Positions 16,600-26,298 of a stretch of 27,410 nt of DNA are shown here, piece after piece (within the stretch, counting starts at the first letter, position 1; every line of letters begins with the position of its first letter). Under the pieces are notes generated by a model. The model saw only the letters and a program-made list of their open reading frames with translations, did no database searches and was not told the origin of the DNA. The translations under genes and the position numbers were made by a program. This stretch comes from a virus (Duplodnaviria > Caudoviricetes). The stretch lies in the IMG/VR virus record IMGVR_UViG_3300030095_005103, positions 1 through 27,410 of that record; one strand, written 5' to 3'.

Positions 16600-18819
16600 T
16601 TAGATTACCGCCTTTCTTGCTGCTCTGCCAATAGAGTTTTCGACCTCGACATCAAAAAAGTCTTTGAATTTCTTATTGGCAAAGTTGATGTTAACTTTGG
16701 TATCGCTGCTATTTCCGCTATAGTTGTTGTTTGTCTCTCGCGTGACTTCTCTCATTGTTTCTTTTTGTGCGGTGATTAGGTTGCCGGAAGCATTGGCTGC
16801 TATCTGCGCGCCAGTACCAACACCCGCCAGTCCATCGCCGGTCATCTTTGTGCCCACGAGTATGCTTTTGTCACCTGTAAACATCTCACCACCAAGTTCT
16901 CCCATTTCACCTATGAGCTTGCTGATGGGGCTGCCGGCAAAGGCTGCCATTTCTGCTATAAATGCAAATCCATCTCCTATTTTGTGAAGACCTTCAAGGA
17001 AAGAAGAGGCGAAAGGTTTTTCGAACAGGAGGTAAGCCATGGATGCAAAGGCAGCGATTGCTGCCCCTATTGCTACCGCTGTAGCAGTCACGGGAAGCGT
17101 AGCTGCAAAAAAAGCCGCACCAAGAAATGTGAGTGCCATCGCCAAGCCTGTAACTACCGCTAACGCAACTTTCATACCGAAGACAACGTCATCTATATTT
17201 TCCATCATCCAATCAGACAAAGAAGTCAGCATTTCCACCACTGGTTCTATTACTGGTATAAGAGCCATCATGAGGGTATTAAGTTTTTCTTGAAAACTCT
17301 GTGTCTTTGCTGCTTTCTCAGCCATGTCGGCATACTGATCTGATGTTTTGCCTATGTTTCCTGCAAGAGAATCCATGTTCCCAGACATAAGTGCAGCCAG
17401 TTCTGCCTCGCCCTCAAGACCTGCTGATTCGGCAAAGAATTTTCTTTGATAATACGACATTTCATCAAAAGATAGCCCAGCATCAAGTATGGAGTCCCTT
17501 ATCATCTTGAACCTTTCTACTGGATCTGTCGCAGTAACTAACTCCATCGCATTAACAAAGTTGCCACCAAGGGCAGCATTCAATTTGCCGGCTGCTGTGG
17601 CAGCGCCTTCAAAAGTATCAAACTGTCCTGTAATACTCATAAGCCTGCCCACTTCAATTCCTGTTACCTTTGCAGCAACAGCCAAGTCTTTGAATGCCCG
17701 AACACCATCAGAGCCAAACTTAGCCAGTTGTGGTCCTGCTTCGGCAAAGTCAGAAGCCATTTTTGATGGCGCAACGCCTATGTCCATACCAAGGGCAGCG
17801 ATCTCTCTTTGTGTGGCAGCGGCTTGCACACCAGTTTGTCCCATAGCCTTGATTGCTATTTGTGATCCACGAGCAAAGTCTTCGTTGCTGACGCCGAGTT
17901 TTGAAAGAGCGACTGCGTTCTTCGTTATTTCTTCTCGTGCTCCAGCAGACATTATTGTGAAGTCAGAAACTCCTGTAAACAAAGCCTGAAATGATTCACC
18001 AGCCTCTTTTGCTGATGCTCCAAACCTTCGCACGTCTTCGGTAACTTCATTAAGCGAACTAGCAAACTCTCTTGATGCGCCGGTTGCCTTCATAAAGGCA
18101 CTTTGGGCATCCATCACTTCTATTGCTAGTTTAAATATCTTTTTCCAAACTGCTGCGGCAATACCAACTGCTATAAATGCTCCAGCCAAGCCGGTGAGTG
18201 CTGCCATGGCGCCGCCCCCACCAGTCGTCCCTGCTTGTTTTACCAAATCAAACAAACTACCTTCAAGTTTTTTAATCATCCCGCCTGCTTCTTTGCCGTA
18301 ACCACCGGCACGAATCAAGCCTTTGCCAATATTTGTTAATCCACCAACTATATTACCACTTAACAAACTACCAAAACCAGATTTTAGTTCATCAACAGCC
18401 GTTTTTGTTTGCTTAAGCCCTTCTTTTAAGCCTTCTATCTTTTTTATTTGTTTTTCTATTTGCTCAGCAACATCTTCACCTTGTCTTTTTTGCTCTTTTA
18501 GAAGTTCTAGTTGTTTTTGTTCCGCTTCTATCGCTTTTTCTGCTGCTGTCACTCTGTCGGCGGCTCTCTTGCTCGCTTCTTCCGCCTCTTCTTTGGCGGC
18601 TTTTATTGAATCAGTCAAAAATTTATATTTTTGTATCTGTTTATCGACGGCGCGCTCGGTCATTTGCGCGAGGTTTTTTTGTGAGTCACCCAATTCCTTG
18701 AACTGTTTTACCAGTTCTTTCATCGCGCCCTCAGACATTCCCTTAAGTCGTGCTCTAATCTCTTCAACAGAAGCGCCGGCTTCTATTAAATTTTTTAATT
18801 CCTCGGTTGTGATCGCCAT
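16600..18819 (-). CDS. Tail tape measure protein
   Basis: 739 aa, Ala/Gly-rich and helical with N-terminal coiled coil and hydrophobic segments; FDTFEGAATAAGKLNAALG motif; position after tube and chaperone. Confidence 0.85.
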   Translation of the reverse strand: MAITTEELKNLIEAGASVEEIRARLKGMSEGAMKELVKQFKELGDSQKNLAQMTERAVDKQIQKYKFLTDSIKAAKEEAEEASKRAADRVTAAEKAIEAEQKQLELLKEQKRQGEDVAEQIEKQIKKIEGLKEGLKQTKTAVDELKSGFGSLLSGNIVGGLTNIGKGLIRAGGYGKEAGGMIKKLEGSLFDLVKQAGTTGGGGAMAALTGLAGAFIAVGIAAAVWKKIFKLAIEVMDAQSAFMKATGASREFASSLNEVTEDVRRFGASAKEAGESFQALFTGVSDFTIMSAGAREEITKNAVALSKLGVSNEDFARGSQIAIKAMGQTGVQAAATQREIAALGMDIGVAPSKMASDFAEAGPQLAKFGSDGVRAFKDLAVAAKVTGIEVGRLMSITGQFDTFEGAATAAGKLNAALGGNFVNAMELVTATDPVERFKMIRDSILDAGLSFDEMSYYQRKFFAESAGLEGEAELAALMSGNMDSLAGNIGKTSDQYADMAEKAAKTQSFQEKLNTLMMALIPVIEPVVEMLTSLSDWMMENIDDVVFGMKVALAVVTGLAMALTFLGAAFFAATLPVTATAVAIGAAIAAFASMAYLLFEKPFASSFLEGLHKIGDGFAFIAEMAAFAGSPISKLIGEMGELGGEMFTGDKSILVGTKMTGDGLAGVGTGAQIAANASGNLITAQKETMREVTRETNNNYSGNSSDTKVNINFANKKFKDFFDVEVENSIGRAARKAVI

Positions 18820-18835
18820 AAAGATACCTCACCAA

Positions 18836-18843
18836 TAAATAGG
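18836..18843 (-). promoter_or_regulatory. Putative late promoter (CCTATTTA)
   Basis: Lies between a terminator and the SD (GAGGT) of the tape measure gene. Confidence 0.65.
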
Positions 18844-18851
18844 TCTTGGAC

Positions 18852-18880
18852 AAAAAAGAAAAGCGCCCCAAAGAGCGCTT
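18852..18880 (-). terminator. Rho-independent terminator
   Basis: AAGCGCTC-tttg-GGGCGCTT followed by TTCTTTTTT, just after the stop at 18884. Confidence 0.75.
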
Positions 18881-18883
18881 ATT

Positions 18884-19123
18884 TTAGAAGGTTTTTGGCA
18901 TTGTTGGCTGGTTAAAGGGTGTTAGTTCTTGAGACTTGCCACCGCCCTTGGAAGCATTTTTAACTGATTCTGCTTCCATCTCAAGTTGTTTGATGGTGCG
19001 CTTAACAAACCAGTTTCTAAGCCCTACAGGCAGGCTATACGCTTCAGCAAAACTCCACCCACCCGAATACTTTAGAAAGAAAATCTGTTCGTACAGACCC
19101 TCGTTGTATTCATCGGTCAGGCC
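18884..19123 (-). CDS. Start-less 79-codon frame: frameshift extension ('T' part) of the tail assembly chaperone, gp51-like
   Basis: Not in the ORF track. GLTDEYNEGLYEQIFFLKYSGGWSFAEAYSLPVGLRNWFVKRTIKQLE...KTF* fills the gap to the terminator. No ATG/GTG/TTG precedes the conserved-looking part; the frame is entered at a T7 run. Confidence 0.75.
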   Translation of the reverse strand, partial: GLTDEYNEGLYEQIFFLKYSGGWSFAEAYSLPVGLRNWFVKRTIKQLEMEAESVKNASKGGGKSQELTPFNQPTMPKTF

Positions 19124-19931
19124 AAAAAAAGTCCGCTGTCAACGGCACCTCCATTTCCTGCTCATGACCGCATTCGGTACAGGAAAATTCTTGGGTTAGA
19201 TCGATGTTTGGGGTAGCTTTTTTAATAGCCATACGAAGATGACGAGAATCAAATGAAGGCAAGTTTTGCGATACATATTGTATCGCCTGTGTAGAACTAT
19301 CCCCATTTACACTCACAATAATTCTTTCAAGCTGCTGCGTAACCAAATTATTTGATTTTGCCAAAGTGGTAACGGCGCCCTCATCTCTGCCTGTAAGCAA
19401 TCTGGCAACAACTTCAACTTCTGTTTTCGGGAGAATACAGGTGATTGTTCCATCACTATTATCAGTGACTCCCAAATCTTCTCTCGCAACTCCGTGAATA
19501 AGATTCGCAGAATTCAAATCAAAAGAGTAATTCTGTTTAGCACCACAAGCAGGGCACTGCACGTTTGTTTCATAATCGTTACCATAACCAGAAACTCTGG
19601 CAGCAATAACAATAGCGTTTCGATCTCCTGTTAACAACGATGAAGGATCGATTCCTCTGTTGACTATTAGACTCTGAATTAGTCTATCAATGGCAACGCC
19701 CTTTTTAAGAAGAGATCTTGAAGTAAGAATGTCTTCTTCTTTGGCAGTCATCTGCTTGATTTCGATAGAAGTCTGGTTATGCAGAGGATGACCTTGTGCA
19801 TAAAAGCGACCCTGTGAAGGAAGGTCCACAAACTCTGTTGGAACCACAAATGAAAAGCCACCGCCATTGTCTGTTGGGGGGCTTGTGTCGTGCTGGACTG
19901 TGTTTCCAACACGATTCTTGTTTCTTGACAA
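19110..19931 (-). CDS. Tail/baseplate-hub assembly chaperone (T4 gp26-like) with two CxxC pairs
   Basis: VDLPSQG..Y, MTAKEEDIL, GDRNAIVIAARVSGYG, CPAC and CTEC, ends FFWPDR. TTG start with SD GAGGTG; lies between tube and tape measure. Confidence 0.8.
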   Translation of the reverse strand: MSRNKNRVGNTVQHDTSPPTDNGGGFSFVVPTEFVDLPSQGRFYAQGHPLHNQTSIEIKQMTAKEEDILTSRSLLKKGVAIDRLIQSLIVNRGIDPSSLLTGDRNAIVIAARVSGYGNDYETNVQCPACGAKQNYSFDLNSANLIHGVAREDLGVTDNSDGTITCILPKTEVEVVARLLTGRDEGAVTTLAKSNNLVTQQLERIIVSVNGDSSTQAIQYVSQNLPSFDSRHLRMAIKKATPNIDLTQEFSCTECGHEQEMEVPLTADFFWPDR

Positions 19932-19960
19932 TTTACACCTCGCGTTTTATATTGTCTAAA

Positions 19961-20548
19961 TTATACCTTGAAGAACTCTCGACCGCCGCCACTTACTGCT
20001 GAAGAGTCTGTGGTAGTCTCTACTCTTGCCCAGTCGTACTTGAGGGTCACAGAGACTTCGGTAAGTTCATCATCACCGTAAGAGAGTGAATCGCCAAACT
20101 TAACATCTTCAACAAAAGAGTTCCAAAGAGTCCAAGTTTCAAGCGGATTGCCGTCTGAGTCAATCTGGGTGATAGTAACGATACCGAGAGCACCTGCTGC
20201 CTTTGCCTTGGAAATAGTACCAAGAGACGTAGTGTCGGTTGGTGGAGAGTAGCCACTCTGAACAAGAATGTCAGCGAATGTAGCAGTCATGTCTGGCTCA
20301 ACCGGATCGACCATGGTAATGGAAATTGGATTCCAAGTAACCGAGCCTGGGTAATAGAAGGTATGGTTAAGATACTTGTGTTCTGCGCTGGCTACAGCGA
20401 ATGAAGGCTTCTGTGCAGACTTGGCATACCAAGCAAGAGCACCACCGGGGGTAGCGTTGATACCGTTAAATTCAACGATAAATCTAAAGTTACGTTTTGG
20501 ATCTTTGAGGGTAGTGTCCTCACCAAAGTTAGTTGACCAGAATGGCAT
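19961..20548 (-). CDS. Tail tube protein (gp19-like)
   Basis: DPKRNFRFIVEF, YYPGSVTWNPISIT, ETWTL, LSYGDDEL..VSVTLKYDWA; follows the sheath gene. Confidence 0.88.
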   Translation of the reverse strand: MPFWSTNFGEDTTLKDPKRNFRFIVEFNGINATPGGALAWYAKSAQKPSFAVASAEHKYLNHTFYYPGSVTWNPISITMVDPVEPDMTATFADILVQSGYSPPTDTTSLGTISKAKAAGALGIVTITQIDSDGNPLETWTLWNSFVEDVKFGDSLSYGDDELTEVSVTLKYDWARVETTTDSSAVSGGGREFFKV

Positions 20549-20575
20549 TTGTTAGGTTCTCCTGTAATTCATAAG

Positions 20576-20583
20576 TAAGTAGT
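20576..20583 (-). promoter_or_regulatory. Putative late promoter (ACTACTTA)
   Basis: Intergenic, upstream of the SD AGGAG of the tube gene. Confidence 0.6.
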
Positions 20584-20587
20584 GGGC

Positions 20588-20603
20588 GGGGGCAAAAGCC
20601 CCC
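20588..20603 (-). other. GC-rich stem-loop after the sheath stop, without a U-tract
   Basis: GGGGGC-tttt-GCCCCC. Confidence 0.6.
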
Positions 20604-20609
20604 AGGTTA

Positions 20610-23459
20610 TCAGTCGTCAAATGATGCGCCGGTAGAAGCAACAATGAAGTCGATAGCGATGTACTCAATTGCTCTTGCGGGCTTAATCATAATCTTTGCG
20701 TAAACAACATTCTGGTCGATAAGGTCAGGTGTTGTGGTACTCTCGTCTAGGATGAGTTTGTAATCGGTGATGCCGAAATCAACCTTGACATTTGCAAGGA
20801 ATGGCTCGATTAGGTTCTTGAAACGACTCCAAGTTGCTTGTACGTTCTGTTCAAAAAGAATCTGAGTGGAAAGTATGGAAATCTGCTTCTTAAGGAAGAT
20901 AACCAAACGACGAACATTGATTCTATCAAGTGCAGATGGGCGCTCTTGTAGAGTCTTCTGCCCGAAGACAACAATACCAGTGCTTGGGAAACTAGCGATT
21001 GGGTTAATGCGAGCTTCGTAAAGAACGTCGCGCTCCTTGGAAGTCAGCCTGCGTGATACTCCGGTGACAGGAATGCCTGCGGCACCGTCTGAGAGCCCAC
21101 CGCGATTGAAGCCTGCGGGCGCAAACCAAATCTTTGAGCTACGCTCGGAAGATGCAAGGACACCCATCATTGCAACAGTGGGAGGAACCCAGAGAGCCTG
21201 ACCAGTACCTTCGTCTACGGTCTGTACCCAGGGGTAGAAAGTGGCACCGTATGATGAATCAATTTGGCGCTGGCGAAGATTATTAGCTGCCTGTGTTGGG
21301 TTATCACCTTGTCTATTTGCCGCGTTCGACTGATATGCTTCAGAATTTGGCTTATAAACATCTGGAAGGTCAATAAGCGCTAGTGCGTCGGCACGATCTT
21401 GACAAACATTGACCATGTGGGTAGTTAAGCCATCCTTTGTTAAGCCTGGAACAGCAAGAAGGTTCATGTCTACGAACTCTGGGTCTGCTACGGTATCGAT
21501 GGCACGCTTGTAAGTGTTGTAAGCGTAGTTTGTTTTATCAGTCACACTTCCTCCAGCCATGCCAGTGTTGTAAAGGGGATCTGGCTTAGTGATGTCGAAG
21601 CCATCGAAGCCACCCCAGAGAGGCATAGTGAAGCGATCGTAGCCTTCGTCAATGAGATCCTTGTACGACCCACTCGTTTTAGAAGTTTCCGCAACACGAG
21701 AGCCAGAAGAGTAGAAAGCTCCAGTCGTGTTCACAATGATATCATCCATTGTGAAAATGTAGGAACTACCAACCGTGCCAGTACCATCAGTATCAGACCA
21801 GTTGCTCGCAAGCCATAGTCTATGATAATCTTTTACGGACATGTCGCCACGGGTGCTATCACGAGTTCGGGTTGTTTGCATACCAAAGTATGCGTTAGTC
21901 TGATCGGACATTCCACCATCTGAAGCAGAATGACGAAGGCGAACAACTGGCCAAGCAAGAGAGCCTGTAAAGTTTCCTCCTGCGCCGCTAACGAAAAAGC
22001 TATTGGCTCCCCCATATACATCCGATGAATCAATGTATTTGTTGGTTACTGATGCGTCCAAGGCAGAACCACTCCAGTTAGTTATAGATGAGAAGTTAGG
22101 AGGACCGTAGTAACCAAACGGAATAGATGACGGGTTACCAGCATTTACTTCGCTTACATATACAAACTTTGATTGATTGGGGTAATCACCGTATAGGCGC
22201 AATCTTCTTTCTGATTCAACCCAGGAGTAATACTGGTTTCCGATAGCCTTTTCAATGTATTTTGGCGAGGTAGGATCCATAGTTAGTCCATCAAATCTCT
22301 CCAGAACAACAGGGCTGCTGTCGGTATCGGTAAGAGATCGAAGAACTACAGAGAAAGTGCCGTACTCTGTGGAAGTGGTAGAGGAATAGCGAATCTTCTC
22401 AATAGAGACCTTCACATTTTTGTGTAGCCATTCTCCGTGTCCTCGACCCTTTAGCTTAAAAAGCTTATCTACTGCGGTTGCTACAAAGGAGCCAGGATCT
22501 CCCTGGTCTTGTCCAACAACCCAGCCAGTCTGGGCTTCCTCTGTAGAGCGCTGCATCTTGTGGGGACCAGTAGTTCCGTTGCTGATTGCCTGAATGACTC
22601 CAAACATCTTGCTTCCGACGAGACTTGTGGAACTACCGGTAAGAGAACTAACTGCTCCATCTCTAACTTCTTGTTCAAATGTTTCTCCAAGCCAGTAGTT
22701 TCTTTCAAGATTGGAGGCATAAAAGTCTCCTCCCGCAACTAACTGTGGGTTTGTGTTGAAAACTTTTCTAATGAATCTTTCACTTGAATCATCAAAGTTG
22801 AAAGTAAAGGTCTTGTTTGAATCATCAGACGCCACAGCACCTTCGATGAATACTGTAAACTTCCCTTCAGAATCACTTTCAATAACTTTACCAACACCCT
22901 GCGCTTTTGTAGTAGTTCTAGCTAGACTGCCGCTAAGCTGGACAGATGCATCTTCGTCAATATACCAAACTGCTGCTAAGACACCAGTTCCCAAATCTGA
23001 CGCTCCGGTGCCTCCGATGCCTCCAGAGCTTGATGGAAAAACCCAAAGACCAAATGCACCGCCGTTAGTAGCAATGGCGTCGCTCGGGCTCTCGGTAGTT
23101 TTCCAACCAGCAACACCAGCAGCGGTTTTGTTATCATTTTCCACACCAAGAAGTCTTACGTAAGTCACAGGTGCGACTGAAGCGTTAAGGAATGCCTTGG
23201 CAGCGTAGGTGCCATACATTGGCGACTGGTAGTTACCGTCGCGATAAATATCGCCGCCCGCATTACCAGGGACGGTATCTCCATACATGGTCAGGAAGTC
23301 AGAAAATGACTCAATCTTGACAGGTTGCATTCCAAGTCCACGGACGGAGCGACCAATGACTACTGGTCCAATCGCGTCTGGGCGGCGGGGTCTGAATGAG
23401 TTATCAATCTCGTTGATAAACACGCCAGGAGATACAAATTTAAAACTTTTTACGGGCAT
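20610..23459 (-). CDS. Contractile tail sheath protein (gp18-like)
   Basis: FVSPGVFINEID N-terminus; YPWV, WFAPAGFNRG, RINPI, FGQKTLQ, ALDRINVRRL, KPARAIEYIAIDF. Confidence 0.96.
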   Translation of the reverse strand: MPVKSFKFVSPGVFINEIDNSFRPRRPDAIGPVVIGRSVRGLGMQPVKIESFSDFLTMYGDTVPGNAGGDIYRDGNYQSPMYGTYAAKAFLNASVAPVTYVRLLGVENDNKTAAGVAGWKTTESPSDAIATNGGAFGLWVFPSSSGGIGGTGASDLGTGVLAAVWYIDEDASVQLSGSLARTTTKAQGVGKVIESDSEGKFTVFIEGAVASDDSNKTFTFNFDDSSERFIRKVFNTNPQLVAGGDFYASNLERNYWLGETFEQEVRDGAVSSLTGSSTSLVGSKMFGVIQAISNGTTGPHKMQRSTEEAQTGWVVGQDQGDPGSFVATAVDKLFKLKGRGHGEWLHKNVKVSIEKIRYSSTTSTEYGTFSVVLRSLTDTDSSPVVLERFDGLTMDPTSPKYIEKAIGNQYYSWVESERRLRLYGDYPNQSKFVYVSEVNAGNPSSIPFGYYGPPNFSSITNWSGSALDASVTNKYIDSSDVYGGANSFFVSGAGGNFTGSLAWPVVRLRHSASDGGMSDQTNAYFGMQTTRTRDSTRGDMSVKDYHRLWLASNWSDTDGTGTVGSSYIFTMDDIIVNTTGAFYSSGSRVAETSKTSGSYKDLIDEGYDRFTMPLWGGFDGFDITKPDPLYNTGMAGGSVTDKTNYAYNTYKRAIDTVADPEFVDMNLLAVPGLTKDGLTTHMVNVCQDRADALALIDLPDVYKPNSEAYQSNAANRQGDNPTQAANNLRQRQIDSSYGATFYPWVQTVDEGTGQALWVPPTVAMMGVLASSERSSKIWFAPAGFNRGGLSDGAAGIPVTGVSRRLTSKERDVLYEARINPIASFPSTGIVVFGQKTLQERPSALDRINVRRLVIFLKKQISILSTQILFEQNVQATWSRFKNLIEPFLANVKVDFGITDYKLILDESTTTPDLIDQNVVYAKIMIKPARAIEYIAIDFIVASTGASFDD

Positions 23460-23512
23460 TAGGGGTTCCTCTCTTTATAAAACAGTGCCATACAGCACTT
23501 TTAATCTCATTG

Positions 23513-23520
23513 TAAATAGT
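23513..23520 (-). promoter_or_regulatory. Putative late promoter (ACTATTTA)
   Basis: Intergenic, upstream of the sheath gene. Confidence 0.7.
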
Positions 23521-23552
23521 AGGAGTGCGCCCAAAGAGACTTCAGGATATGT

Positions 23553-24440
23553 CTAGTCTATAAAAAAGTCATCGTTGTCTACTGGAACCACTGTTTCTCT
23601 TGGAAAAACAACTTCTACCGCATTCTCTTCTTTCCTTATTATAGGTCGGTCATCGTTGTTTCCTTCACCTATAAGGTAACCAATAACTTTTATGCTAATC
23701 TCACTTGTAAACTGTCGCTCGTCTTCTCCAAGGCTTGCAATATTGTTGGAGTGGGCGAAGCCTTGGTCGATAAATGCTTCGTAAAGGTGACCGTTTCTGC
23801 GCATTACAAAAGAGTTTATTTGTCCTGTTCTTGTCATAAACGGCTGAGTGAGATCATTCATCTGTTGTTGGTACTCTGTCTTGACAACTATTTTATAATC
23901 AACGTTTATATAAATTGGGATTGGTATTGTGAGAGTTTCAATGACAATCTTTTTGTTTACTCTCGGGAAGTATTTTTGCCTATCGCCGGAACTGTTTGTA
24001 CGTGTGTTGCCAACAACTGCAAAGTTTCTTGTTTTGTCCTGTTTGATTCTCTTGGCAATAACCATTCTTCCTGTGCGTCCGTCTCTTTTATCCGAGTAAA
24101 GGTGTGCCTGAAACCCGCCTTTTCTGGCAGGATCTTTAACGATGCCGGTTCTCTCTATTGAAACAACTGGGAGAGTTATGACTCCACCACCATCATCGAT
24201 AGGGTGTCTTAAATCATGGTTCTTTTTGATCTGAAATGCTCTTTCGGGAGTCTGCCATAGAACAGGGACTCTCTTATTTCCTTCGTTAGTTAAGGTTGAA
24301 AGTTCAAGATCTTCTTTTAGCCAAGACATCATAGCGTAATCGATGTCTTCTATGCTGGAGCCAAGCATACCTAATTCTTTCAGGGTAAACTCGCCTCTAT
24401 CTTCTGGCAGTTGTGCGAAATCAAAGTTTTTAGGTAGCAT
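23553..24440 (-). CDS. Tail completion / sheath terminator protein (gp15-like)
   Basis: Likely start ATG 24440 (MLPKNFDF; SD AAGGGA). EDIDYAM, VPVLWQTPER, LPVVSIERT, SLGEDERQF..EI; lies between neck and sheath genes. Confidence 0.65.
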   Translation of the reverse strand: MLPKNFDFAQLPEDRGEFTLKELGMLGSSIEDIDYAMMSWLKEDLELSTLTNEGNKRVPVLWQTPERAFQIKKNHDLRHPIDDGGGVITLPVVSIERTGIVKDPARKGGFQAHLYSDKRDGRTGRMVIAKRIKQDKTRNFAVVGNTRTNSSGDRQKYFPRVNKKIVIETLTIPIPIYINVDYKIVVKTEYQQQMNDLTQPFMTRTGQINSFVMRRNGHLYEAFIDQGFAHSNNIASLGEDERQFTSEISIKVIGYLIGEGNNDDRPIIRKEENAVEVVFPRETVVPVDNDDFFID

Positions 24441-24921
24441 CGAATAATCCCTTGCGTGCCCTTTTGCAAATAGCAGAGGTCTCAAATGTATTATTTACTT
24501 GACCAAACAGCTTTCGAGAAGAAGATAATTTCATAATTTCGTAGTATCTCTCGCCGTAAAGAACGAAGTCGCCTTCACGAACGAATAGGTTCTGATCTTC
24601 TGTGAGTCTGCGCTTGTGAAAGTGAACAGTGATCTGCGAAGTGCTGTCTAATCCAACAGAGTCAAGGTATGAAGAGCCTTCATCATCAAACATCACAAGA
24701 GCATAAACTCTTATCGGAGGAAGATAAGTTTTTTCTACTGCCTCACCGTATAGTTCGTGGAAGTCTGTTGCATCCATGTCAATTGGGTAGTATAGGATCT
24801 GTTGTCCAATAACTTTTTCAATAAGCTCATCATTAACCTGCTTAACAAGATCTCTTTCTTTCTTACCAAGAAAGAGTGGAGGTGGAGGTGATGCTGGTCT
24901 GGACCATTCGTTATCTGACAT
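24430..24921 (-). CDS. Neck / head-completion protein (gp14-like)
   Basis: ELIEKVIGQQILYYPI...LYGEA..K...EGDFVLYGERYYEI; synteny. Confidence 0.7.
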   Translation of the reverse strand: MSDNEWSRPASPPPPLFLGKKERDLVKQVNDELIEKVIGQQILYYPIDMDATDFHELYGEAVEKTYLPPIRVYALVMFDDEGSSYLDSVGLDSTSQITVHFHKRRLTEDQNLFVREGDFVLYGERYYEIMKLSSSRKLFGQVNNTFETSAICKRARKGLFDAT

Positions 24922-24925
24922 TCAT

Positions 24926-26206
24926 TTATCCTACAAAGATAGGCAGCGGAGAGCGACGAAGAGTTTCTTCTGCTGCCGTGACCTTCTCTTGATCTTTCTT
25001 AGCTAGTTCTGTGTATTCAATCTCTTTCAACATATCAGTTAGCTTCTGACGGAGATCGTCTTTTTCTTTTTGAGCCTCGGATAGAAGTGAAGAATAGTTT
25101 AAGGTGACGGACTCGCCTGGGATTGGGACAGTCTGGAACTTGCCACGAATTTGCCCAAGCATTTCCTTGCAGAGTGCGAGAGCATAGTTGCGAATCCACT
25201 GTTTGCCCATTGAGTTGATGTTGATGTATGGAATGTTATCAAAAGGAAGAGTGTTTATGTTGTTGACACCTCTGACTCCTGTATTGGTATCCCCATCTTC
25301 ACCCCAAGAGTTGTCTGCTATTCTAAAGCGGAACCAAACACGGTTCATATAACTAGCAAAGCCATCCTCTCCGCGAGGCGTTGGATACAAGCGCAGCTTG
25401 TTGTCTATAATCTCAAATGAATAATGAGAGGTTCTTGTGTAAAGCGAATCTTCATACATGATTGCTTGTAATTTATTTTGCCAAGTTGGGATTATTTCAA
25501 ATGTTGAATCATCGGAGTATTGACCATAGGTGGAATAGTTTCCAACCACTCCCATGCCGCCGCCGTAGTAGCCATAGAAGCGCCACATCGAAACTGGGGA
25601 GCGGTAATAAACTTTATCTATGATGATGCGTGAATCACCAATTTTTCCTGCATACGGAACTGCACCGCCTGAATCATCTAAACCTGTATCTGAAGCTGCT
25701 GACACAATAGTTTGAAGGTCATAGTCTTGTTGGTTCCTGACAGTCGTAAACGATGCAGAATAAATACGAGTTGTGCCGCCGACACCTGCCATTGTTGAAA
25801 CGCCATCACCAATCTTGTTGGCATACGACAGCATGACTTTTGGATACTGAAGGCTTGCGCTAGATGGTCCGCTGATAGTCTCACCTTTATGATCAAAGGT
25901 GCCAGTTAGTTTGCCTAGTGCATCTGATAATACATTCTTTCCTTGATGCATGTTGATGATGTATGAGTATTCTAGGACTGCCTCTTCATAGGCAGCATAG
26001 ACATTGGCATTTGTAAGCTCAATATCAACAACATCTCCACCAAGCCTCTTGTACACAAAATTTACTTGCAGTGCTGCACCAGTCAAAAACTTTTCTGAAC
26101 TGCTGTAAACTCCAAATGGAACTGCTGTGGCTACGTCAGAGGCAGACCCGGTTGATGATAAGATTATCGCACTGGTTTCTGAAAGTGGTTGTAAGTTTGT
26201 GGGCAT
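24926..26206 (-). CDS. Neck / head-tail adaptor protein (gp13-like)
   Basis: RLGGDVVDIEL, WIRNYALALCKEMLGQIRGKF..PIPG..VTLN...L, C-terminal PLPIFVG; SD AGGAGG. Confidence 0.8.
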   Translation of the reverse strand: MPTNLQPLSETSAIILSSTGSASDVATAVPFGVYSSSEKFLTGAALQVNFVYKRLGGDVVDIELTNANVYAAYEEAVLEYSYIINMHQGKNVLSDALGKLTGTFDHKGETISGPSSASLQYPKVMLSYANKIGDGVSTMAGVGGTTRIYSASFTTVRNQQDYDLQTIVSAASDTGLDDSGGAVPYAGKIGDSRIIIDKVYYRSPVSMWRFYGYYGGGMGVVGNYSTYGQYSDDSTFEIIPTWQNKLQAIMYEDSLYTRTSHYSFEIIDNKLRLYPTPRGEDGFASYMNRVWFRFRIADNSWGEDGDTNTGVRGVNNINTLPFDNIPYININSMGKQWIRNYALALCKEMLGQIRGKFQTVPIPGESVTLNYSSLLSEAQKEKDDLRQKLTDMLKEIEYTELAKKDQEKVTAAEETLRRSPLPIFVG

Positions 26207-26228
26207 TCATGGAGCCTCCTGTTCGTAG

Positions 26229-26236
26229 TAAATAGT
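26229..26236 (-). promoter_or_regulatory. Putative late promoter (ACTATTTA)
   Basis: Lies between a terminator and the neck gene SD. Confidence 0.7.
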
Positions 26237-26244
26237 GAAAGGAT

Positions 26245-26280
26245 AAACAAAAACCCCCTCATCTTGTTAGATGAGGGGGC
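26245..26280 (-). terminator. Rho-independent terminator
   Basis: 11-bp stem CCCCCTCATCT-aaca-AGATGAGGGGG followed by TTTTTGTTT. Confidence 0.9.
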
Positions 26281-26298
26281 AACAAACATTAGTTTGAA

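Noticed and set aside
15189-23459. Bacterial contractile injection system (eCIS/T6SS/tailocin)
   Set aside because: Adjacent major capsid, neck and phage replication genes show a complete phage.
24441-24485. Track start at 24485 for the tail completion gene
   Set aside because: Long overlap with the upstream gene; ATG 24440 has a plausible SD.
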